Made by a program: the position numbers and the translations under genes
Origin: Tissierellia bacterium
GTDB taxonomy: Bacteria; Bacillota; Clostridia; Tissierellales; Sedimentibacteraceae
Direction of reading: 5' to 3'
DNA: 64,000 nucleotides
Assembly (NCBI GenBank): GCA_028709465.1
Contig: JAQVWY010000006.1
Coordinates: 4,536-68,535 of the forward strand
The notes under the pieces: model-generated
What the model was told of the DNA's origin: nothing
What the model saw: the letters and a program-made list of their open reading frames with translations, nothing else
Database searches by the model: none
Part shown: in pieces, positions 39,691-49,649 of the stretch
Numbering within the stretch: position 1 is the stretch's first letter
Layout of the letters: each line of letters opens with the position of its first letter

Positions 39691-39813
39691 GGAATTCGTT
39701 GCGAATGATCTACCGCTATTTTTTAGAAAAAACACTCTAAAAAATAGGGTTAGGGCATCTTTCACTATTGTTCAGGATGGCAATGTCATTCTGAACCGAA
39801 GGTGAAGAATCTC
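39691..39813. repeat. Intergenic repeat, long variant (39691-39783) immediately followed by a half unit gtcattctgaaccgaaggtgaagaatctc
   Basis: Aligned by eye with 23847-23937 and with the left halves at 29422 and 48078. Confidence 0.85.
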
Positions 39814-39954
39814 ATTATGATAATTAGTGAAATGTAAATGAAAATCTATTGAAAATTCTGTAAATATTTGATATTATACAGATAATGAATACAAAAAAAT
39901 AAAAAATCATAATAAACCTTAATTTTAATACATATAATTAAAAGGGGGATTTTT

Positions 39955-40692
39955 ATGAGATTTTTTTGTAATAATATAACATTTATAAAAAGAATAATAA
40001 TGATAGTTCTTTTAGTAATAATAATTGTTTTGCTTTTGATTACCAGAACAAGTTTTAAATATCGAAGGGTTTTTAATGAAAATGATATTGAAAAGTTTAT
40101 TATTAAAAAAGGTACAAATATTAACGATAAGGTTGTATCATTTGCATGCAATGTGGATTGGGGAAATGAGTATATTGATTCATTACTAGAAGTATTTGAC
40201 AAATATGATGTAAAAATCACCTTTTTTCCAACTGGCAGATGGGCTGAAGAGTATCCTGGGATAGTAAAAAAATTAAGTTCTAAAGGTCATGAAATAGGTA
40301 ATAATGGATTTTATAATAAATCATATGATACCTTATCTTATGACAATGCTTTTGATGATATTAAAAAAGCAGATGAATTATTGAGAAAATTAACAGCTTA
40401 TGATATTAAGTTGTTTTCACCTCCTTCTAGGAAATATAATGAAAATGTCATTAAGGCAGCTATTAATTTAGGTTATCCAGGCATAGTTATTCCATCGATA
40501 GATACAATGGATTGGAAAAATGATTCAAATGCGGACAGAATATATAAAAATGTTTTTAATAATTTAAGTAATTGTGATATAATTTTAATCCATCCAACTA
40601 AAAGTACATTTAATTCTATTGGTAAAATAATTGAAGAATTATTAATTCAACAATACAAAATTGTTCCTATTAATGAAATGTTAAAGAAATAG
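39955..40692 (+). CDS. ylxY: YlxY-type sporulation protein, polysaccharide-deacetylase fold with degenerate catalytic motifs
   Basis: Conserved position after pnp. Has NVDWGNEY and GNNGFYNKSY in place of the DD and HxxxH NodB motifs, as I recall for B. subtilis YlxY. Confidence 0.75.
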   Translation: MRFFCNNITFIKRIIMIVLLVIIIVLLLITRTSFKYRRVFNENDIEKFIIKKGTNINDKVVSFACNVDWGNEYIDSLLEVFDKYDVKITFFPTGRWAEEYPGIVKKLSSKGHEIGNNGFYNKSYDTLSYDNAFDDIKKADELLRKLTAYDIKLFSPPSRKYNENVIKAAINLGYPGIVIPSIDTMDWKNDSNADRIYKNVFNNLSNCDIILIHPTKSTFNSIGKIIEELLIQQYKIVPINEMLKK

Positions 40693-40707
40693 TTATACGG
40701 AGGAAAA

Positions 40708-41988
40708 ATGATAAATAAATATACATTAGACAATGGTTTAAGAATTGTGACGGAAAAAATAGATTATGTGAAATCAGCATCCATAGGAATATGGGTTAAA
40801 GTTGGTTCAAACAATGAAGATGAACAAACAAATGGTTTATCTCATTTTATAGAACATATGTTGTTTAAAGGAACTGAAAACAGAAAGGCAAATAAAATTG
40901 CTGAAGATATTGACAACTTGGGAGGACAGATAAATGCATTTACTAGTAAAGAATGCACTTGTTTTTATGTAAAAGTTCTTGATGAAAATATTGAGGAAGC
41001 TGTAGATATTGTGTCTGATATGTTCTTTAATTCATTATTTGAGCAAGAAGAAATTGAAAAGGAAATTTCTGTTGTTATAGAAGAAATAAAAATGTACGAG
41101 GATTCCCCTGAAGATATTGTTCATGATAAATTGTCTGAAATAGTTTTTCATAAAAGTCCAATGGCATACAATATATTAGGAACTGAAAAAAACTTAAAAA
41201 CATTTAATACTCACAAGGTAAAAGATTATATGAAAAAAAATTATTCTCCATTCAATACTGTTATTGCTATTGCAGGAAATTTTGACGAAGAAAAATTTGT
41301 TGAATTAATAAAATTAAAATTTGATCATTGGAAAAATATCAATGTTAATCATAATGAAATTGAAGGAGAATATGAAAGAAAAATAATTGGTATACATAAG
41401 GATTTAGAGCAGCTTCATATGTGTATAGGATGCAAAACTATTGGGAGACATGATCCTAATTATTATCCTCTATTAGTATTAAACAATATTTTTGGAGGAA
41501 CCATGAGCTCTAGGATTTTCCAAGAGGTTAGAGAAAAGAAGGGTCTGGTTTATTCAATATATTCATATGCTTCAAATTATACCAACAGTGGAATTTTCAG
41601 CATATATGCTGGAATGGCTTATGATCAGGCAGAAGAAGCCTTAAGAACTATTTTTAAAGAAATGATTGGTATGAAAAATGGCAATATTACATTAGAAGAA
41701 TTCAAAAGAGCTAAACAACAAATAAAGGGGAACTATATTCTAGGACTTGAAAGTACATCTAGCCGTATGTCTTCAATTGGGAGAAGAGAGTTAATTTATA
41801 ATGAAGTGGTTTACCCTGAAGAAATAATAGAAAGTATCAATAAAGTTTATTATGAGGATGTAGTTAAAGTAGCTAAAGAATTATTTGACATAGATAAATT
41901 GAGCATAACTTATGCTGGTAATTTAAAAAAATACCCAGATTTAAATGAAAAAATTAATAAAGTACTAGGAGAAAAATATGAAGATTAA
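40708..41988 (+). CDS. M16-family zinc peptidase (YmxG/MlpA-like)
   Basis: [11 protein letters not shown] inverted zinc motif. Confidence 0.9.
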   Translation: MINKYTLDNGLRIVTEKIDYVKSASIGIWVKVGSNNEDEQTNGLSHFIEHMLFKGTENRKANKIAEDIDNLGGQINAFTSKECTCFYVKVLDENIEEAVDIVSDMFFNSLFEQEEIEKEISVVIEEIKMYEDSPEDIVHDKLSEIVFHKSPMAYNILGTEKNLKTFNTHKVKDYMKKNYSPFNTVIAIAGNFDEEKFVELIKLKFDHWKNINVNHNEIEGEYERKIIGIHKDLEQLHMCIGCKTIGRHDPNYYPLLVLNNIFGGTMSSRIFQEVREKKGLVYSIYSYASNYTNSGIFSIYAGMAYDQAEEALRTIFKEMIGMKNGNITLEEFKRAKQQIKGNYILGLESTSSRMSSIGRRELIYNEVVYPEEIIESINKVYYEDVVKVAKELFDIDKLSITYAGNLKKYPDLNEKINKVLGEKYED

Positions 41989-42409
41989 AATTGTTAAGAA
42001 AAATCCATTTAATTTGCCTGCCTATGAAACTAAAGGTTCTGCAGGTGTCGATTTACAGGCATATATAGAAAATCCTATTGTTTTAAAATCCATGGAAAGA
42101 TATTTAGTACCTACTGGCCTTTTTATTGAATTACCAGAAGGTTATGAAGCACAGATTAGAGCCAGAAGCGGACTTGCAATTAAGCATGGAATCAGTTTAG
42201 TTAATGGTATTGGTACCATTGATTCTGATTATAGAGGTGAAATAAAAGTAATATTAATAAATCTCGGGGATAAAGATTTTACAATTAATAATGGCGATCG
42301 AATAGCACAAATGGTTTTTATTAAGCATGAACAAGTTGAATTTGAATTAGTACAAGATTTAAATGAAACAGAAAGAGGCAGCGGAGGTTTTGGACACACA
42401 GGAATTTAG
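41978..42409 (+). CDS. dut: dUTP diphosphatase
   Basis: [18 protein letters not shown] and RGSGGFG motifs. Confidence 0.95.
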   Translation: MKIKIVKKNPFNLPAYETKGSAGVDLQAYIENPIVLKSMERYLVPTGLFIELPEGYEAQIRARSGLAIKHGISLVNGIGTIDSDYRGEIKVILINLGDKDFTINNGDRIAQMVFIKHEQVEFELVQDLNETERGSGGFGHTGI

Positions 42410-42425
42410 AAAAAGGGGGGGTTTT

Positions 42426-42659
42426 GTGAAATTAAGTGAGCTATATGACAAAGAAATAATTAATATTGATACTGGAGAAAATTTGGGGATATTTGGGGAT
42501 TGTGATTTAACTATTAATGAAAAAACCGGCGAAATTATTAGTTTTATTTCTGGTCAGTCAACTGGATTTGGTTTTTTTAAAGAACAAAAGAAAAGAGAAG
42601 TTCTTTGGAAAAATATTAAAAAAATTGGAAGTGATATGATAATTATAGAAAATGATTAA
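42426..42659 (+). CDS. ymxH: YlmC/YmxH-family sporulation protein (PRC-barrel)
   Basis: GTG start after aaaggggggg. L..KE.INI..G..LG pattern. The long upstream extension in the ORF track overlaps dut. Confidence 0.8.
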   Translation: MKLSELYDKEIINIDTGENLGIFGDCDLTINEKTGEIISFISGQSTGFGFFKEQKKREVLWKNIKKIGSDMIIIEND

Positions 42660-42711
42660 CGAGTAAATAATAATTATTGAATTTTAGTATAAAATTAATA
42701 AAACTTCAAAG

Positions 42712-42746
42712 AATAATCAGGATAGAAAAACCTGATTATTTTTTTT
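42712..42746 (+). terminator. Terminator after ymxH
   Basis: aataatcagg / cctgattatt 10-bp stem plus T run. Confidence 0.8.
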
Positions 42747-42763
42747 GGAGGAATAATAGACAT

Positions 42764-43603
42764 ATGAGTATGAATGTAAATAATAATCAACAAATAGGCA
42801 AAAAAATTAAGCCAGAACTTATTAATAAAAAAAATCAAGATGATATTAATTTAGCAGCTCAACAAATGTACAACAATCAGTTTAAAGATAATACAAATAA
42901 TCAACAAATATTTAACAAAACTGAAGGAGATAATGATAATAACGATAATACTAGTGAACATGTAGAAAACATTAAAGAAATTGGTAATATCGCCAATGTA
43001 AATCCTGTAAAGGATATTTGCTTTATAAGTATAATAGGTGAAATCGAGGGACATACATCATTACCGCCTCAAAGTAAAACTACAAAGTATGAACATATTA
43101 TACCAATGGTTATTGGTGCTGAAATGGATCCTGAAATAAAAGGAGTGTTATTGCTTATAAATACAGTTGGCGGAGATGTTGAAGCAGGCCTTGCAATTTC
43201 GGAACTTGTTGCAAGTATATCAAAACCAACAGTATCATTAGTATTAGGCGGTGGTCATAGCATAGGAACAGCACTGGCAGTTTCAGCTCAATATTCATTT
43301 ATTGCACCTACAGGGACAATGACAATTCATCCAATAAGGACAAATGGATTTGTCATAGGAGTTCCACAAACATTTAGGTATTTTCAGAAGATGCAAGAAA
43401 GAATTACTAATTTCATAATTAACAACTCTAATGTAGAAAGAGAAGCATTACTACAATATATGTATGACACAGATGAAATAGCTAATGACGTGGGTACTGT
43501 AGTAAATGGCGATGAAGCTGTTGAAATAGGGCTTATTGATGAAATCGGCGGATTTAGCAGTGCTATGAAAAAGTTAAGGGAGTTAATCGACAAAAATCAA
43601 TAA
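42764..43603 (+). CDS. ClpP-fold serine protease, TepA-like, with N/Q-rich N-terminal extension
   Basis: GGDVEAGLAI, GGGHSIGT and TIHP motifs of the Clp fold. Start moved to MSMNV after ggagga. Confidence 0.7.
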   Translation: MSMNVNNNQQIGKKIKPELINKKNQDDINLAAQQMYNNQFKDNTNNQQIFNKTEGDNDNNDNTSEHVENIKEIGNIANVNPVKDICFISIIGEIEGHTSLPPQSKTTKYEHIIPMVIGAEMDPEIKGVLLLINTVGGDVEAGLAISELVASISKPTVSLVLGGGHSIGTALAVSAQYSFIAPTGTMTIHPIRTNGFVIGVPQTFRYFQKMQERITNFIINNSNVEREALLQYMYDTDEIANDVGTVVNGDEAVEIGLIDEIGGFSSAMKKLRELIDKNQ

Positions 43604-43710
43604 ATCATGTTTGTAGAACGATTGGAAATATGGGGAAAAAATCATTGCAGTTAGAATGCATAATATGATATAATTTAAAGTAGAAATCCTTAAGGGGGAC
43701 TTTATTTTCA

Positions 43711-46110
43711 ATGAAAGCAAAAGAAAAAAGAGTTAGTAAATCTAATAAAAGTACAAGCTCAACTAAAAAAGCAAATAATAATGAAAAAGTTGTACTTTTA
43801 AAGAAAGAAATATCAGGAATATTTATTGTTGCATTGGCAATTTTCTTAATAATAGTTACAAATAAGGAAGAGCAAACTGGTATAATTGGAAAAACAATAA
43901 ATATGTTCACTCATACTTTTTTCGGGAAGGGTGCTATAATCCTTCCCTATGTAGTATTAGTTATAGGGGTTATGCGCTTATTAAATATTGTAATAATAAA
44001 TGATCATAGACAAATCATTGCAATTATAGGTTTTTTTATTAGTTACATAATGTATGCAGCATTATTAGATAATGTAGTTTATAATGCCTTATTGGAAAAA
44101 ACAAAATTTATCGATTTTATAAAAAATTCAATTAGTTTAGGTATGGATAATGTTGGCGGTGGTATATTAGGAAATGTGACCACTTACATTCTTGTGAAAT
44201 TAGTTGGTAAAAATGGTACTCTAATTGTATTAGGTTCAATGATTTTTATTTTAATCATAATTTTTACTAATCAAAGCATTATAGGCGCACTAAAAAAAAT
44301 AGGTGAATTTGTAAAGAAAATATTTGCAGCGGTTTATAATTTTATTTTTACTGATATTGAACAAGGCAATAAAAGGTCTAAAGAAAAAATTAAGAAAAAA
44401 CCTGAACTTGAAGAAAATATTCAAATATATGACTATACAAATATTTCAGATAATAAGTCCAATAGCAAGATAACACAGTTAAAAATAGACGAAATAGAAA
44501 AGTCAGATGTAATTAAAGATGTTAATAGCAATTCGAACGCAAGTAATATTGAGGAGGATAAAAGTTTAAATCCTATAAATAATGATGATAAGCAAGGTGA
44601 AGGGAAACCATTAATAGAAAATGATGTACAATTTGAATCTAAAGAAATTACAGATGACATTATTAATATAGCTGGTGTAATTAAAGATAATTATGAAATT
44701 CCACCAACAAAATTATTAAATCAGATTCCTCCACATCCTAAAGGTGATAAGAATAATTTACGCATGGAGGGTGAAAAACTTATTGAAACTTTAAATAGTT
44801 TTAATATACAATGCAATATATTGCAAATTAATAAAGGACCCACTATTACACGCTTTGAGCTTCAGCCAGCTCCAGGTATAAAGGTTAGCAGAATAACAAG
44901 TTTAACAAATGATATAGCGTTAAGTATGGCAACATCAGAAATTAGAATAGAGGCTCCCATACCAGGCAAATCAGCTATTGGTATAGAGGTTCCTAACAAG
45001 GTTAAAACCAGTGTAGTTTTAAGAAGTTTAATTGAATCCAAGGAATATAAGTCTTTTGAAAGCAATATTCCATTTGCCTTAGGTAAGGATATAGCAGGGA
45101 AAAATATTGTTGCAGGAATAGAAAAAATGCCACATTTATTAATTGCTGGTGCTACTGGTTCTGGAAAAAGTGTTTGTATTAATTCACTTATTATGAGTAT
45201 TTTGTTTAAGGCTAAACCCGATGAAGTTAAGCTTATATTAGTAGATCCTAAAGTGGTTGAATTAAGTGTTTATAATGGAATTCCACATTTATTAATTCCA
45301 GTTGTAACTGATCCTAGAAAGGCAGCTAATGCCTTAAATTGGGCAGTATCTGAAATGACTAATAGGTATAAAATATTTGCTCAAAATAGTGTTAGGGATA
45401 TATTCTCCTACAATGAAAAAATGATCGCAAATTTAGGCGAAAAAATGGCTCAAATCGTAATTATTATTGATGAGCTCGCTGACTTAATGACAGTTGCTTC
45501 TAATGAGGTTGAAGAATATATCACAAGAATTGCACAGCTTGCCAGGGCATGTGGTATCCATTTGGTTATAGCCACACAAAGACCTTCAGTAGATGTTATA
45601 ACAGGAGTTATAAAGGCTAATATACCATCACGTATTGCATTTGCAGTATCGTCACAAATAGACTCTAGAACCATACTTGATTCAGCTGGTGCTGAAAAAT
45701 TACTTGGCAAAGGAGACATGCTTTATCATCCTATGGGAATGGCAAAGCCTATCAGAATCCAAGGAACATTTATTTCTGATGATGAAATTAAACGTGTTGT
45801 AGATAATATAAGAGAACAAAATTTTGAAATTAAATCTCAAAAATCAAATGAAATAATTGAAGAAATTGAAAAAATACCTAATCAAGATGAAAAGGTGGAT
45901 GAATATTTAGAACAAGCAATCGAAATGGTTGTTAATGATGGTCAAGCATCAGCTTCTTATATTCAAAGGAAATTTAAAGTTGGATATTCAAGAGCTGCCC
46001 GCATAATAGATCAGCTAGAGGAAAGAGGAATTGTAGGCGGTCATGAAGGAAGCAAGCCAAGGAAAGTACTTATTACAAAAGAAGAATTAGACGAAATGAG
46101 AGGAAATTAA
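43711..46110 (+). CDS. ftsK: DNA translocase FtsK/SpoIIIE
   Basis: N-terminal TM helices, GATGSGKS Walker A, C-terminal gamma winged helix. Confidence 0.95.
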   Translation: MKAKEKRVSKSNKSTSSTKKANNNEKVVLLKKEISGIFIVALAIFLIIVTNKEEQTGIIGKTINMFTHTFFGKGAIILPYVVLVIGVMRLLNIVIINDHRQIIAIIGFFISYIMYAALLDNVVYNALLEKTKFIDFIKNSISLGMDNVGGGILGNVTTYILVKLVGKNGTLIVLGSMIFILIIIFTNQSIIGALKKIGEFVKKIFAAVYNFIFTDIEQGNKRSKEKIKKKPELEENIQIYDYTNISDNKSNSKITQLKIDEIEKSDVIKDVNSNSNASNIEEDKSLNPINNDDKQGEGKPLIENDVQFESKEITDDIINIAGVIKDNYEIPPTKLLNQIPPHPKGDKNNLRMEGEKLIETLNSFNIQCNILQINKGPTITRFELQPAPGIKVSRITSLTNDIALSMATSEIRIEAPIPGKSAIGIEVPNKVKTSVVLRSLIESKEYKSFESNIPFALGKDIAGKNIVAGIEKMPHLLIAGATGSGKSVCINSLIMSILFKAKPDEVKLILVDPKVVELSVYNGIPHLLIPVVTDPRKAANALNWAVSEMTNRYKIFAQNSVRDIFSYNEKMIANLGEKMAQIVIIIDELADLMTVASNEVEEYITRIAQLARACGIHLVIATQRPSVDVITGVIKANIPSRIAFAVSSQIDSRTILDSAGAEKLLGKGDMLYHPMGMAKPIRIQGTFISDDEIKRVVDNIREQNFEIKSQKSNEIIEEIEKIPNQDEKVDEYLEQAIEMVVNDGQASASYIQRKFKVGYSRAARIIDQLEERGIVGGHEGSKPRKVLITKEELDEMRGN

Positions 46111-47471
46111 TGAAAGACAAAATGAATAAAGGTAAAAAAATATATGTTGAATCCCTTGGTTGTTCTAAAAACCTTGTGGATTCTGAAAATATGATAGGAA
46201 TACTATCTAAAAAAGGGTATAAAGTGACAGAATATGCGGATAAAGCAGATTATATAATCATAAATACTTGTTCTTTTATAAACGAAGCTAAAGAAGAATC
46301 AGTAAATACTATTTTAAGTGCTGCTGCAATAAAGAATGAAAGACATGGTAAGAAAAGTAGAATTATTGTAACTGGATGTTTAGCACAACGTTACAGTGAA
46401 GATTTGAAAAAAGAGATTCCTGAAATTGATATTATAATTGGAACGAGCAGCTTTGAAAAAATTGATGAATTAATAGGACAGTATGAGAGAGAAAATAGTG
46501 TGGTTTGTGATACTAACATGGATAATGAAATTCATGAAGATTTACCAAGACATATTTTAACGCCTAATTATTATTCATATTTAAAAATTGCTGAAGGTTG
46601 TGATAATAATTGTACATATTGTGTAATTCCACAGCTTCGAGGAAAATATAAAAGCAGGAAGATTGAAAATATAGTTGATGAAGTTAAAGATTTAGCATCA
46701 AAAGGCGTAAAAGAAATTATTGTTATAGCACAGGACACAAGCAAATATGGCGTAGATTTATACGGTGAAAAGAAGCTTCATGAAGTTATCAAGAGAATAT
46801 CTGAAATTGAAGGGATCAAATGGATTAGAATTCATTATTTATATCCTGAAGATATTTATGATGAGCTTATAAATGAGTTTAAGACAAATGAAAAACTTGT
46901 TAAATACTTTGATATACCCCTTCAACATATTAATGACAGAATTCTTAAGAGGATGAATAGGAATACAAATAAAAAACAGATTATAGATCTTATAATAAAA
47001 ATAAGAAATGAAGTTGATGGCGCTATAATACGTACATCCTTAATTACTGGTTTTCCTGGTGAAACAGATGAGGAACATGAAGAACTAAAAAAGTTTTTAG
47101 AGGATTATAAGCTTGATAGAGTTGGAATATTTAAATATTCTAGAGAAGAAAACACTCCAGCTTACAAATTACCTGATCAAATAGATGATGAAATTAAAAA
47201 TTCAAGACATGATGAATTAATGGAAATTCAAATGTCAATTTCTTACGAAAACAATTATAAAAATGTAGGTAAAATATTTGATGTTCTAATTGAAGAAAAA
47301 GATGTGGAAAATATTTATGTAGGAAGAACGTATATGGATTCAGTAGAAATTGATGGCTGCGTATATGTGACTTCAGATGAAGAACTTGTTATTGGCAACT
47401 TTTATAAAGTTAAAATAAATGATGCATTAGAATACGATTTGATAGGAGATGTTGTATATGAAATGGTTTAA
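46110..47471 (+). CDS. rimO: Ribosomal protein S12 methylthiotransferase RimO
   Basis: ESLGCSKNLVDSE, radical SAM CDNNCTYC, C-terminal TRAM domain. Start may be at 46122. Confidence 0.85.
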   Translation: MKDKMNKGKKIYVESLGCSKNLVDSENMIGILSKKGYKVTEYADKADYIIINTCSFINEAKEESVNTILSAAAIKNERHGKKSRIIVTGCLAQRYSEDLKKEIPEIDIIIGTSSFEKIDELIGQYERENSVVCDTNMDNEIHEDLPRHILTPNYYSYLKIAEGCDNNCTYCVIPQLRGKYKSRKIENIVDEVKDLASKGVKEIIVIAQDTSKYGVDLYGEKKLHEVIKRISEIEGIKWIRIHYLYPEDIYDELINEFKTNEKLVKYFDIPLQHINDRILKRMNRNTNKKQIIDLIIKIRNEVDGAIIRTSLITGFPGETDEEHEELKKFLEDYKLDRVGIFKYSREENTPAYKLPDQIDDEIKNSRHDELMEIQMSISYENNYKNVGKIFDVLIEEKDVENIYVGRTYMDSVEIDGCVYVTSDEELVIGNFYKVKINDALEYDLIGDVVYEMV

Positions 47472-47475
47472 AGAA

Positions 47476-48009
47476 ATGAATTTACCTAATCAGCTTACCA
47501 TAATTAGAATTCTATTAATCCCTGTTTTTCTATTTTTCCTTTTTATTACTGAAGGAATATTTAGACTTCTACCATTAATCATTTTTATTGGCGCTGCTGT
47601 TACTGATACTATTGATGGACATATTGCGAGACGGGACAATTTAATCACTGATTTTGGAAAATTTATGGATCCTTTAGCAGATAAACTGCTAACAGTATCT
47701 GCATTTATTGCTTTTGTTGAAATAGGTTATTTAGGTTCATGGGTTGTAATATTAATTATTTCTAGAGAGTTTATTATTTCAGGTATTAGAACATTAGCTG
47801 CATCAAAAGGCGTTACTATTGCGGCAAATAATTGGGGTAAGATTAAAACTGTTTTTCAGATGGTGTTAATAGTTATTATTTTAATGCACTATACAACGTA
47901 TATGGATTTTGTGACTCCTATAATAAATCCTCTTGTTATAATAACTGTTTTGTTAACGTTAGTATCTGGCGGTACTTATATCTATCAAAATATAAAGGTG
48001 TTGCGATGA
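47476..48009 (+). CDS. pgsA: CDP-diacylglycerol-glycerol-3-phosphate 3-phosphatidyltransferase
   Basis: MNLPNQLTIIRI and DG..AR....T.FG...DP.ADK motifs. An alternative start lies at 47458. Confidence 0.9.
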   Translation: MNLPNQLTIIRILLIPVFLFFLFITEGIFRLLPLIIFIGAAVTDTIDGHIARRDNLITDFGKFMDPLADKLLTVSAFIAFVEIGYLGSWVVILIISREFIISGIRTLAASKGVTIAANNWGKIKTVFQMVLIVIILMHYTTYMDFVTPIINPLVIITVLLTLVSGGTYIYQNIKVLR

Positions 48010-48017
48010 AAATGGTT

Positions 48018-48151
48018 GTATCATTGTTATGAATAACTAAAATATCCTGTCATTGTTATGAATAACTAAATTTCTTGTCATTCTGAAAGCGCAGCTTGAA
48101 GAATCTCCCACAAACATTTAGTGAGATCCTTCACTGTCGTTCAGGATGACA
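48018..48151. repeat. Two 21-bp perfect direct copies (tcattgttatgaataactaaa) followed by a full palindromic repeat unit (48076-48151)
   Basis: Copies at 48021 and 48051, then tgtcattctgaaagcgcagcttgaagaatctc ... gagatccttcactgtcgttcaggatgaca. Confidence 0.85.
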
Positions 48152-48171
48152 TAATTAATAAAATTAAATCA

Positions 48172-48215
48172 TTGACAAATGTAATATAATTATATATAAT
48201 TAGAACAAATGTTCT
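48172..48215 (+). promoter_or_regulatory. recA promoter (ttgaca, 17 nt spacer, tataat) with LexA/Cheo box agaacaaatgttct at 48202-48215
   Basis: GAAC-N4-GTTC palindrome directly after the -10 element, matching the Gram-positive SOS box. Confidence 0.8.
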
Positions 48216-48233
48216 ATAAAAGGAGTGCAATAG

Positions 48234-49277
48234 ATGGAAAAAAATAAGGCTCTTGAGCTGGCGATTGCTCAAATTGAAAAGCAATTTGGAAAAGGTTCTA
48301 TAATGAAGCTTGGAGAAAATTCAAGATTGAATATAGAAGCTATCCCAACAGGTTCTTTAACACTAGATATTGCTACAGGCATAGGTGGAGTTCCCAAAGG
48401 AAGAATTATTGAAATATTTGGCCCAGAATCATCAGGTAAAACAACAGTTGCACTACATATAATAGCAGAATCTCAAAAAAAGGGCGGCATAGCAGCTTTT
48501 ATAGATGCTGAACATGCATTAGACCCAGCATATGCTAAAAATCTTGGTGTTAATATAGAAGATTTAATTATATCTCAACCTGATACTGGAGAACAAGCAC
48601 TTGAAATAGCTGAAGCATTAGTAAGAAGTGGAGCTGTTGATGTTATTGTAGTAGACTCTGTTGCTGCATTAGTTCCAAAGGCTGAAATTGAAGGGGACAT
48701 GGGAGAGTCTCATATGGGATTACAGGCTAGACTTATGTCTCAAGCTCTTCGAAAATTATCTGGTGCTATCAATAAGTCTAATACAGTAGCTATTTTTATT
48801 AATCAGTTACGTGAAAAAATTGGCGTAATGTTTGGAAACCCTGAAACTACAACAGGAGGCAGAGCTTTAAAATTCTATGCTTCCATGAGGCTTGATGTAA
48901 GAAGAATTGAATCTTTGAAGAAAGGTGATAATGTTTACGGAAATAGGACAAGAGTGAAAATTGTAAAAAATAAAGTTGCTCCACCTTTTAAACAGGCAGA
49001 ATTTGATATTATATATGGAAAAGGAATATCAAAAGAAGGTTGCATACTAGATTTGGGAGTAGAGGCTGGTGTAGTTAATAAAGCAGGTGCTTGGTATTCA
49101 TATGGAAGTGATAGAATTGGACAAGGAAGAGAAAATTCAAAAGAATATTTGTTATCTAATCCTGAAATGATGAATACTATTGAAGAAAAAATAAGAGAAA
49201 AATACTCTATAGGAGAATTTAGTTTAAAAACAGATGATAGTGATTCAGATCAGACCATTGAAGATTCAGAAGAATAA
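48234..49277 (+). CDS. recA: Recombinase RecA
   Basis: GPESSGKTT Walker [15 protein letters not shown] signature. Confidence 0.97.
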   Translation: MEKNKALELAIAQIEKQFGKGSIMKLGENSRLNIEAIPTGSLTLDIATGIGGVPKGRIIEIFGPESSGKTTVALHIIAESQKKGGIAAFIDAEHALDPAYAKNLGVNIEDLIISQPDTGEQALEIAEALVRSGAVDVIVVDSVAALVPKAEIEGDMGESHMGLQARLMSQALRKLSGAINKSNTVAIFINQLREKIGVMFGNPETTTGGRALKFYASMRLDVRRIESLKKGDNVYGNRTRVKIVKNKVAPPFKQAEFDIIYGKGISKEGCILDLGVEAGVVNKAGAWYSYGSDRIGQGRENSKEYLLSNPEMMNTIEEKIREKYSIGEFSLKTDDSDSDQTIEDSEE

Positions 49278-49308
49278 TTATTTAATAAGCGAATGATATG
49301 CTATTTTA

Positions 49309-49351
49309 GTCATCCTGAACGAAGCTCGCTAATGTTTAGGATGATTTTTTT
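49309..49351 (+). terminator. recA terminator built from a repeat-family unit
   Basis: gtcatcctgaac ... gtttaggatgat hairpin followed by ttttttt. Confidence 0.7.
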
Positions 49352-49491
49352 ATCAATGGAATATACGCTATGTGCATTATGGTTTACATAATACATATTC
49401 GGTAAATTGAATGCTATATAATAAAAATTAAACAATTTGTAATAAAAATAAATTTATTTTAATAAAAAAAGCACCAATTCAACATTGCTTC

Positions 49492-49520
49492 TTGACATTA
49501 TACTGAAAAAATAATAAAAT
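49492..49520 (+). promoter_or_regulatory. Candidate promoter of rny
   Basis: ttgaca, 17 nt spacer, taaaat. Confidence 0.4.
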
Positions 49521-49649
49521 ATATTATACTCAAGTAATATGAAATGGTTACTATTTTTTAATAATTTAAAAAATAAGCATTTTAATAAGTTATTTTAGTT
49601 GAAATGCATATATTTCGCAGCTTGAAAATTTAATATAGGAGGTGTTGAA

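Noticed and set aside
39846-40220. 124-aa minus-strand ORF upstream of and overlapping ylxY.
   Set aside because: It overlaps the N-terminus of the syntenic ylxY gene. The Ile/Leu/Phe-rich translation is typical of AT-rich noise.
11564-45719. Many 60-125-aa antisense ORFs inside housekeeping genes, for example 11564-11872, 19189-19566, 22301-22582, 32768-33121, 38090-38416 and 45450-45719.
   Set aside because: All are embedded antisense in strongly recognisable conserved genes and have no start context.
3401-47475. Longer N-terminal extensions offered by the ORF track. Examples are starts at 3401, 4837, 6432, 9435, 12113, 17269, 18304, 26575, 31455, 33997, 42363, 42677, 47449 and 59104 (plus strand), and 15927 (minus strand).
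   Set aside because: In each case an internal start has a better-spaced Shine-Dalgarno sequence, matches the usual family N-terminus, or avoids overlap with the upstream gene.
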